The notes under the pieces were generated by a model that saw nothing but the letters and a program-made list of their open reading frames with translations, had not been told where the DNA came from and did no database searches. DNA of 64,000 nucleotides from Tubiluchus corallicola (taxonomy: Eukaryota; Animalia; Priapulida), in assembly GCA_030141605.1 (NCBI GenBank), contig JAQGDQ010002374.1, forward strand, positions 372,001 through 436,000, read 5' to 3'. Made by a program: the position numbers and the translations under genes. Shown one piece after another: positions 61,901-64,000 of the stretch (position 1 is the stretch's first letter; each line of letters begins with the position of its first letter).

Positions 61901-62565
61901 GTGTTTGATGGGAAATGTATAGCAAGTGTGCCTTGAATTTCTGATCTCTAATTAAGATTAGGTGAAGTAGATGCATACAAAGTAGATGTACACTGACTGG
62001 ACACATTTTTCACTACTTGCTTACTTTCACTAATCCACAATATTATAACGCCGAAAATTAAATGCTTTAAAAAATGCATTATTTTGACTCATTATTTGAC
62101 ACTTTTCGTAAATTGTCATAATATTAAACAAGCAAGAAGGCAAGTTAATTGTAAACTGAAGTGTTTTTAAGCAAATATTTGTTGTTGACAGTTATCACAT
62201 AATTTAAGTGTTTCTGTTTTATAAACGACTGTTTCCAGTACCTCAAAGTTACAACTTAAGGAACAATATAAGATCATATTGTGCTCAAAATGTAATAATC
62301 TGCCATAGAATACAAGCAAAAAAGCATACTGCACCAATTAACTGACTAACTAATTAAAACAAACATTACTTGATACATGTCAAGAAACTGGACAAATTCC
62401 TCCAATGACCAGTTCAAAAGAAACCTTAGTTGGATTGACATGAGAGAATCTGCACATCTGAAGAACTCCTCAACTAGCTCTCTGCATCCACCTCTGCGAC
62501 GCGGAATCAAATCACTCCACCGATCAGCAAGTTTGCGAAACATTTCTGCACAGTCAGGAATCCAC
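1554..62565 (-). CDS. DNAH3: Axonemal inner-arm dynein heavy chain (DNAH3-like), partial: 58 exons in window, gene extends beyond both ends
   Basis: Spliced ORF with P-loops GPAGTGKT (AAA1), GETMGGKT (AAA2), GPTGTGKS (AAA3), GVGGSGRHS (AAA4), plus [18 protein letters not shown] and [16 protein letters not shown]. Tail motifs ([31 protein letters not shown]) resemble DNAH3 as I recall it more than DNAH7/12. Paralog call needs a phylogeny. Confidence 0.9.
2185..2978. mobile_element. MITE-like element with repetitive inverted termini
   Basis: catttgggcaccag (~2219) is inverted against ctggtgcccaaatg (~2924); iterated gtgccc-aaatgtc units at the right end. Confidence 0.5.
3302..3670. mobile_element. 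Possible Helentron-associated (HINE-like) fragment
   Basis: ACTAGA start, tgacatttgacc motif and (AAT)n tract, recalled as typical of HINEs. Confidence 0.3.
3988..4149 (-). CDS. DNAH3: Dynein exon 57
   Basis: tag|[21 protein letters not shown]...[18 protein letters not shown]|gtatgc. Confidence 0.95.
5200..5280 (-). CDS. DNAH3: Dynein exon 56
   Basis: tag|[27 protein letters not shown]|gtaata. Confidence 0.95.
5421..5606 (-). CDS. DNAH3: Dynein exon 55 (AAA5/buttress)
   Basis: cag|[18 protein letters not shown]...LFSSE|gtaagt. Confidence 0.97.
5895..5999 (-). CDS. DNAH3: Dynein exon 54 (AAA5)
   Basis: cag|HIWLGE...[21 protein letters not shown]|gtaata. Confidence 0.95.
6291..6493 (-). CDS. 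DNAH3: Dynein exon 53 (AAA5)
   Basis: cag|[12 protein letters not shown]...[10 protein letters not shown]...SGVE|gtatcc. Confidence 0.95.
6962..7163 (-). CDS. DNAH3: Dynein exon 52 (AAA5 start)
   Basis: cag|ESANQW...[12 protein letters not shown]...PLLIDPQ G|gttacg. Confidence 0.95.
7311..7585. mobile_element. Fragment of foldback DNA element (same family as 29095-29462)
   Basis: Start cccgaggctgcacaacaatattg...aaatgtagatttgccacaacattg aligns to the reverse complement of 29370-29462. Confidence 0.6.
7821..7960 (-). CDS. DNAH3: Dynein exon 51
   Basis: cag|[11 protein letters not shown]...[17 protein letters not shown]|gtggta. Confidence 0.95.
8198..8318 (-). CDS. DNAH3: Dynein exon 50 (stalk CC2)
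   Basis: cag|VVNHL...[10 protein letters not shown]|gtaaga. Confidence 0.92.
9020..9745 (+). mobile_element. Penelope-like retroelement remnant (GIY-YIG C-terminus plus pLTR)
   Basis: Frameshifted peptide [25 protein letters not shown]...ELNDQ at ~9265-9410 fits the PLE endonuclease tail; the 3' end matches 57500-57600. Confidence 0.6.
9834..10041 (-). CDS. DNAH3: Dynein exon 49 (MTBD/CC2)
   Basis: tag|[27 protein letters not shown]...LKE|gtttgg. Confidence 0.95.
10540..10680 (+). mobile_element. MITE with TTAGGG-like core, copy 1
   Basis: GGCTAAAGTTTACGATTCCCCA...TGGGGAAATGTATAAACTCCTTCC TIRs around degenerate TTAGGG repeats. Confidence 0.75.
10815..11032 (-). CDS. DNAH3: Dynein exon 48 (MTBD)
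   Basis: cag|[14 protein letters not shown]...DYW...FDKDNIP...EK|gtaaaa. Confidence 0.95.
11686..11853 (-). CDS. DNAH3: Dynein exon 47 (stalk CC1/MTBD), GAG acceptor
   Basis: tattgag|VVAADEA...DLQEAIPAL...DITIVKSMK|gtaata. Confidence 0.9.
12053..12200. mobile_element. pogo/Tc1-mariner-like MITE terminal fragment
   Basis: TA|CAGTAG start; homologous to 52122-52265 and to the reverse complement of 54085-54221. Confidence 0.65.
12300..12422 (-). CDS. DNAH3: Dynein exon 46 (stalk CC1)
   Basis: tag|[15 protein letters not shown]...EAQKE|gtgagc. Confidence 0.95.
12813..13050. repeat. (GA)n microsatellite, compound
   Basis: About 240 bp of GA repeat with a recurring GAGGGAGAGGAAGAGGGAGAG interruption. 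Confidence 0.98.
13223..13385 (-). CDS. DNAH3: Dynein exon 45 (stalk start)
   Basis: tag|[21 protein letters not shown]...AASQ|gttcgt. Confidence 0.95.
13831..13964 (-). CDS. DNAH3: Dynein exon 44 (AAA4 lid)
   Basis: cag|[11 protein letters not shown]...KQSQK|gtacgt. Confidence 0.95.
14575..14742 (-). CDS. DNAH3: Dynein exon 43 (AAA4)
   Basis: cag|GRTIE...[27 protein letters not shown]|gtatgt. Confidence 0.97.
15586..15771 (-). CDS. DNAH3: Dynein exon 42 (AAA4)
   Basis: tag|VLRKAG...FLFSDNQIK...[10 protein letters not shown]...KNE|gtatga. Confidence 0.95.
16161..16285 (-). CDS. DNAH3: Dynein exon 41 (AAA4 P-loop)
   Basis: tag|[10 protein letters not shown]...WREDIKL|gtaagg. Confidence 0.95.
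16805..17048. repeat. 57-bp minisatellite, ~4 copies
   Basis: Unit aacagattgaagggacactgtgagatcccaacc..gg..gagcaagtagtt starting at 16864, 16921, 16978 and 17035 (partial), plus a degenerate copy before. Confidence 0.9.
17546..17673 (-). CDS. DNAH3: Dynein exon 40 (AAA4 start)
   Basis: tag|G YLDDYN...[18 protein letters not shown]...GHALLVG|gtaagc. Confidence 0.95.
18283..18504 (-). CDS. DNAH3: Dynein exon 39
   Basis: cag|A LQFFD...LMFGDY...LMEQ|gtatgt. Confidence 0.92.
19984..20381. mobile_element. hAT-type MITE
   Basis: TIRs aaaggccatcttaa / ttgagacggctctg; 8-bp TSD ttcataaa/tttataaa. Confidence 0.75.
20631..20857 (-). CDS. DNAH3: Dynein exon 38 (AAA3 lid)
   Basis: cag|MLIQAT...[15 protein letters not shown]...[13 protein letters not shown]|gtagaa. 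Confidence 0.97.
21786..21971 (-). CDS. DNAH3: Dynein exon 37 (AAA3)
   Basis: cag|[14 protein letters not shown]...RRLGK|gtatat. Confidence 0.95.
22351..22476. repeat. Interspersed repeat end (second copy at 31950-32093)
   Basis: Shared block tattacaata.catgggctt...ggttcacttaa.ctttga.ctttttatgatcatcatc...aaa.g.cttatt. Confidence 0.7.
22570..22632 (-). CDS. DNAH3: Dynein exon 36 (AAA3)
   Basis: tag|[21 protein letters not shown]|gtaagt. Confidence 0.9.
23190..23904 (-). mobile_element. Internally deleted hAT transposon with transposase C-terminal remnant
   Basis: Perfect 8-bp TSD tgctaaag; ends shared with 19984-20381; minus-strand remnant [13 protein letters not shown]...[25 protein letters not shown] (hAT dimerization domain) at ~23535-23760. 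Confidence 0.85.
24000..24120 (-). CDS. DNAH3: Dynein exon 35 (AAA3 Walker B)
   Basis: cag|G RRKG...[21 protein letters not shown]|gtagct. Confidence 0.97.
24849..25234. mobile_element. hAT-type MITE
   Basis: TIRs gaaggctggatta / taatcccgtcctg; 8-bp TSD attgcaaa/attgcaag. Confidence 0.75.
25390..25470 (-). CDS. DNAH3: Dynein exon 34 (AAA3)
   Basis: tag|[28 protein letters not shown]|gtattg. Confidence 0.95.
25908..26299. mobile_element. hAT-type MITE (degenerate)
   Basis: ccggatt / aatccgg termini; right end resembles that of 24849-25234; TSD only approximate (actttat). Confidence 0.5.
26381..26541 (-). CDS. DNAH3: Dynein exon 33 (AAA3 P-loop)
   Basis: cag|VSELIIPT...GPTGTGKS...LPKEK|gtaagt. 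Confidence 0.95.
27110..27232 (-). CDS. DNAH3: Dynein exon 32
   Basis: cag|[12 protein letters not shown]...GNWVPW...PANAK|gtatgt. Confidence 0.92.
27952..28110. mobile_element. Helentron-associated (HINE-like) fragment
   Basis: ctgtgtctatttatctgtgtaacaggata...aaatttg...gtcaaaagtcgaggtcaca layout, recalled as typical of HINEs. Confidence 0.45.
28832..28987 (-). CDS. DNAH3: Dynein exon 31
   Basis: cag|VTLFLQ...FSVVWTVAG...KLPK|gtgaaa. Confidence 0.9.
29095..29462. mobile_element. Foldback DNA element (long imperfect palindrome of CAATATT/GTCACAA units)
   Basis: 29095-29175 is an imperfect reverse complement of 29365-29440; second family member at 7311. Confidence 0.65.
29985..30254 (-). CDS. 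DNAH3: Dynein exon 30 (AAA2 lid)
   Basis: cag|LGWQPL...VNPAQ|gtatgt. Confidence 0.9.
31005..31136 (-). CDS. DNAH3: Dynein exon 29 (AAA2)
   Basis: tag|LCLMSGEII...[18 protein letters not shown]|gtacat. Confidence 0.97.
31774..32093. mobile_element. Unclassified element with internal inverted repeat
   Basis: tcaaaggttaagtgaacc (~31776) is inverted against ggttcacttaagctttga (~32029); right end shared with 22351-22476. Confidence 0.55.
32270..32400 (-). CDS. DNAH3: Dynein exon 28 (AAA2)
   Basis: cag|GA VLA...[22 protein letters not shown]|gtattg. Confidence 0.97.
33197..33267. repeat. (TA)n microsatellite
   Basis: Direct reading; the TA run resumes at 34256 after the MITE. Confidence 0.9.
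33268..34255. mobile_element. pogo/Tc1-mariner-like MITE, full length
   Basis: 24-bp TIRs CAGTAGTCGCTGCTTAATAGACTC / GAGTCTATTAAGCGGTGACTACTG (22/24), flanked by TA; related copies at 52122, 53684 and 12053. Confidence 0.9.
34558..34810 (-). CDS. DNAH3: Dynein exon 27 (AAA2 P-loop)
   Basis: cag|[22 protein letters not shown]...HEWTDG|gtaagt. Confidence 0.95.
35206..35358 (-). CDS. DNAH3: Dynein exon 26, GAG acceptor
   Basis: ttttgag|[15 protein letters not shown]...KIIQ|gtaact. Confidence 0.9.
35639..35840 (-). CDS. DNAH3: Dynein exon 25 (AAA1 lid)
   Basis: cag|T LSGKIV...[12 protein letters not shown]...PKFLAQ|gtttga. Confidence 0.95.
36096..36187 (-). CDS. DNAH3: Dynein exon 24 (AAA1)
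   Basis: tag|[26 protein letters not shown]...|gtatta. Confidence 0.95.
36210..36284. repeat. Perfect 25-bp tandem repeat x3
   Basis: tgggaaaataaacatttgtctgaca three times. Confidence 0.95.
36549..36640 (-). CDS. DNAH3: Dynein exon 23 (AAA1)
   Basis: cag|[30 protein letters not shown]|gtagga. Confidence 0.97.
36866..37064 (-). CDS. DNAH3: Dynein exon 22 (AAA1 Walker B)
   Basis: tag|CVVFNCS...[10 protein letters not shown]...FVFEG|gtattg. Confidence 0.97.
37222..37330 (-). CDS. DNAH3: Dynein exon 21 (AAA1 P-loop)
   Basis: cag|G TLMGAL...[21 protein letters not shown]|gtctgt. Confidence 0.97.
37339..37610. repeat. 20-bp minisatellite, ~13 copies
   Basis: Unit gtRcactgYtacttttcaaY. Confidence 0.95.
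37827..38025 (-). CDS. DNAH3: Dynein exon 20 (AAA1 start)
   Basis: tag|CC RDVV...QLRYY...[23 protein letters not shown]|gttagt. Confidence 0.95.
38569..38683 (-). CDS. DNAH3: Dynein exon 19
   Basis: tag|DYLK...LVRG...ALIIIDVH|gtgagt. Confidence 0.95.
39152..39298 (-). CDS. DNAH3: Dynein exon 18
   Basis: cag|VLCWAK...WPGQIVL...TGLE|gtaaag. Confidence 0.92.
40044..40103 (-). CDS. DNAH3: Dynein exon 17 (linker end)
   Basis: cag|[20 protein letters not shown]|gtaaac. Confidence 0.92.
40682..40883 (-). CDS. DNAH3: Dynein exon 16 (linker)
   Basis: tag|[20 protein letters not shown]...AAAK|gtattt. Confidence 0.95.
42302..42438 (-). CDS. DNAH3: Dynein exon 15 (linker)
   Basis: tag|VDNTNV...[18 protein letters not shown]|gtaagt. 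Confidence 0.95.
42635..43197. mobile_element. hAT (Ac-like) MITE
   Basis: 20-bp TIRs TAGGGCTGTAATGATACATC / GATGTATCATTACAGGCCTA (1 mismatch); TSD not preserved. Confidence 0.75.
43230..43600. mobile_element. Possible HINE-like fragment
   Basis: aagtttcatgcctcta motif and ...gcttcggcagcggttaataa terminus. Confidence 0.35.
43747..43872 (-). CDS. DNAH3: Dynein exon 14 (linker)
   Basis: tag|[14 protein letters not shown]...MTKA|gtaact. Confidence 0.95.
44691..44861 (-). CDS. DNAH3: Dynein exon 13 (linker)
   Basis: tag|[18 protein letters not shown]...[10 protein letters not shown]...WLI|gtatgt. Confidence 0.92.
44921..45110 (-). mobile_element. Possible degenerate SINE
   Basis: Minus strand ttccatcct..actcaaccctaaatgagtac resembles the conserved Deu/Nin SINE core; simple-repeat (CTT) tail. 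Confidence 0.35.
46032..46166. repeat. ~135-bp direct repeat, copy 1 (copy 2 at 47944-48077)
   Basis: Near-identical, with about 6 substitutions and 1 indel by eye. Confidence 0.9.
46389..46503 (-). CDS. DNAH3: Dynein exon 12 (linker)
   Basis: cag|[19 protein letters not shown]...PYRDT|gtatgt. Confidence 0.92.
46803..46920 (-). CDS. DNAH3: Dynein exon 11 (linker)
   Basis: cag|[11 protein letters not shown]...YIDK|gtgagt. Confidence 0.92.
47944..48077. repeat. ~135-bp direct repeat, copy 2
   Basis: Matches 46032-46166. Confidence 0.9.
48359..48544 (-). CDS. DNAH3: Dynein exon 10 (tail/linker)
   Basis: cag|[10 protein letters not shown]...PAPRRFAEN...CNPG|gtaatt. Confidence 0.92.
49211..49442 (-). 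CDS. DNAH3: Dynein exon 9 (tail)
   Basis: tag|MVGLDEMK...PYEQLW...WLNG|gtgagc. Confidence 0.92.
49795..50290 (-). mobile_element. LINE (RTEX/L2-like) 3' fragment with (TA)/(TACA) tail
   Basis: Frameshifted [11 protein letters not shown]...IPR / [17 protein letters not shown] zinc-knuckle motif, then a microsatellite at 49795-49915. Confidence 0.75.
50379..50569 (-). CDS. DNAH3: Dynein exon 8 (tail)
   Basis: tag|TG EDINLN...WPERI...FRKIE|gtttgt. Confidence 0.9.
51057..51147 (-). CDS. DNAH3: Dynein exon 7 (tail)
   Basis: tag|TKSVTVF...[11 protein letters not shown]|gtaggc. Confidence 0.9.
52122..53066. mobile_element. pogo-like MITE, inverted relative to the 33268 and 53684 copies
   Basis: 52740-53066 is a reverse-complement homolog of 33268-33620; ends gagactattaagcggcgcctacag|ta. 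Confidence 0.85.
53684..54221. mobile_element. pogo-like MITE, internally deleted copy
   Basis: ta|tagtaggtgccgcttaa ... gacggatactg|ta; colinear with the 33268 copy. Confidence 0.8.
54738..54831 (-). CDS. DNAH3: Dynein exon 6 (tail)
   Basis: tag|G ISSEYE...[17 protein letters not shown]|gtatgt. Confidence 0.9.
55452..55630 (-). CDS. DNAH3: Dynein exon 5 (tail)
   Basis: tag|[11 protein letters not shown]...RALNRK|gtacgt. Confidence 0.9.
55657..56050 (+). repeat. Tandem duplication (~200 bp x2), each unit containing the TTAGGG MITE (copies 2 and 3)
   Basis: Units start at 55657 and 55858 and differ by one TTAGGG and one substitution. Confidence 0.9.
56221..56326 (-). CDS. DNAH3: Dynein exon 4 (tail), GC donor
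   Basis: tag|[13 protein letters not shown]...NEFRQ|gcgagt; only the GC donor keeps frame. Confidence 0.85.
57295..57604 (+). mobile_element. Penelope-like pLTR with inverted terminal duplication
   Basis: 57295-57332 is inverted against 57570-57604; body homologous to 9440-9740. Confidence 0.55.
57830..60200 (-). mobile_element. Degenerate non-LTR retrotransposon (LINE) reverse-transcriptase region
   Basis: Broken ORF pieces with SVRQG and LFIDD RT motifs (58889-59152), a Lys/Glu-rich C-terminal piece (58213-58419) and a PKCK..TTKH knuckle remnant; A-rich coding strand. Confidence 0.85.
60624..61013. mobile_element. hAT-like MITE with TTCGAA-rich subterminal repeats, copy A
   Basis: agggtgagcattctctaccagaa... 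is the reverse complement of the right end of 63029-63558; internal homology throughout. Confidence 0.75.
61028..61167 (-). CDS. DNAH3: Dynein exon 3 (tail)
   Basis: tag|VERQLFPE...NRHGPKK|gtatgt, ends in phase 2. Confidence 0.9.
61404..61583 (-). CDS. DNAH3: Dynein exon 2 (tail)
   Basis: cag|GGNDFGTEF...GEHLPR|gtaaga. Confidence 0.9.
62370..62565 (-). CDS. DNAH3: Dynein exon 1 in window (tail)
   Basis: cag|[10 protein letters not shown]...FLDMYQ|gtaatg. Confidence 0.9.
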
Positions 62566-62768
62566 CTGAAATGATGTATAAGAAAGGTTTAGTCACGAAT
62601 CGCTTACGACGCTCAGTTATGCTTTGTTTAAATACTTCGGCACAGTGCAAGTTGGGATTCGGCATTCAAAGGCATGGCTTACTCAACGAGATGTTTATAG
62701 CATGACTATCACTGAGTTCACTTGCAAGCATATCCTCTCTAAGACGAACTACTCTAAGACTGTACATA

Positions 62769-62954
62769 CAGTAAAACCTCCTTATAACACCCCCTTTATA
62801 ATGCCAACCTTGCTTAATGTCCAAATTATTAGCAAAACAAAACATCTGCATTTGCATAGACATGTAGGTATTAATGCACCTTGTTATAATGCTAAACAAC
62901 TTATAATGCCAATTTTTTCAGTTCCAAAGTAGAGAGTATAAAGAGATTTAGCTA
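62769..62954. mobile_element. Short pogo/Tigger-like MITE
   Basis: TA|CAGTAAAACCTC start; degenerate inverted end tataaagagatttagcta. Confidence 0.5.
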
Positions 62955-63028
62955 CACCTCCTTCTAAGAGGTATGCAGCTAAGGTAAACCTAACACTGCC
63001 ACATACCACCCAGATGTGCTGCGTATGG

Positions 63029-63558
63029 TAGAGATGAGCATTGAATTTGAATTAGTTCGAATTCAATTTGAACCTAAAATTATGGATTTGAATAGCACTT
63101 CAACTACATATGTTGTTTACATTTAAAACATTTGAAACAGCACACATTCAGTATAATTTAGCTGTGATTTCTGTGCATGGAAGGAGTTTAAAATTCCCCA
63201 CACAATTTAAATACCCTAACACTGTCCCTAATGCTAAGCCAACCCTAACCCTAACCCTAGCTCTAACCCTGATCCACTTCATGAACTAATTTTTTTTGTG
63301 TGGGGAATTGTAAACCCCTGTGTCCAATTTTTAAACAGATTATTAGTGTTTTTACCGTAGAGTAAAAAACAACTAACATGCATGTTCTTTCTGAGACCAC
63401 TTTTTATTAATGATTTGAAAATTTATTTTAAAATCTTTATTGCTGAATTTGAATTCGGTGCAGACTGGAAATCTCGAAATACTGTTTGATTCGAATTCAA
63501 AAGTCATAAATTTGATTTGATTGAAGTTCGCTTTCTGGTAGAGAATGCTCACCTCCTA
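63029..63558. mobile_element. hAT-like MITE copy B (inverted versus copy A), carrying a nested insertion
   Basis: TIRs TAGAGATGAGCATT / AATGCTCACCTCCTA. Confidence 0.75.
63179..63325 (-). mobile_element. MITE with TTAGGG-like core, copy 4 (nested)
   Basis: GGAAGGAGTTTAAAATTCCCCAC...GTGGGGAATTGTAAAC TIRs with a CCCTAA core; absent from the homologous site in copy A (~60813). Confidence 0.85.
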
Positions 63559-64000
63559 CTATCTACGACTACGATTACTACGACAAGAATGTACGACTAC
63601 TATCCACTGAGCCATTGAACCCATCACATAAATATCATAGGCTGACAGCTAATGCTTCATAAAACATTTTCTTAAAAAGACAACGGACAATATTTGTTCT
63701 TGGGTGAGACTTTGATTTATCAGTATTCTAACTTTTTCTCATATGTCATCCCAATGTTAATGTAAAAGTAAAAATAAGTGTTTATTGAGATGAAAAAACA
63801 TGTGGATGGACTACACCTGATGACTGCACACAAAACTAACTCACAGAAAAGAATAAGAGATGTTCAACGGATAAATTACATTATGTTTGTAATTGTCAGC
63901 ATGTTTATAAACAACTGCAGTTTACTTTACCAATTATTACTGATAGTGAGTAATGAGTTGCAGAAAGGAGATGAAAAATTGTGGACCAGTCGGGATTTGA

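Noticed and set aside
63930-64000. Possible further dynein exon at the window end
   Set aside because: A phase-compatible GT exists, but the peptide shows no recognisable dynein similarity
1-64000. Nested plus-strand gene or novel multi-gene system
   Set aside because: Plus-strand ORFs are antisense shadows of exons or LINE sequence, or short AT-rich chance frames; I found no coherent second exon chain

Overview
AT-rich animal (invertebrate-like) nuclear DNA, not prokaryotic. One minus-strand gene spans the window: an axonemal inner-arm dynein heavy chain, most similar to DNAH3. I traced 58 exons by hand from 62565 down to 1554. They total 8940 coding nt (about 2980 aa), stay in phase at every junction and contain no stop codon. 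They cover the distal tail, linker, AAA1-AAA4, stalk/microtubule-binding domain and AAA5. The gene runs off both window ends. Splicing oddities are one GC-AG intron, two GAG acceptors, a U12-like donor and an AG|GTAAGT exon start. The introns hold decayed mobile DNA: hAT MITEs with 8-bp TSDs, pogo-like MITEs, two LINE fragments, Penelope-like remnants with hammerhead-like cores, Helentron-like and SINE-like pieces, and mini/microsatellites. The most unusual item is a ~150-bp TIR element carrying telomere-type TTAGGG repeats, present in four copies, one nested in another element. I see no convincing novel multi-gene system. Family assignments come from recalled motifs, not database searches.
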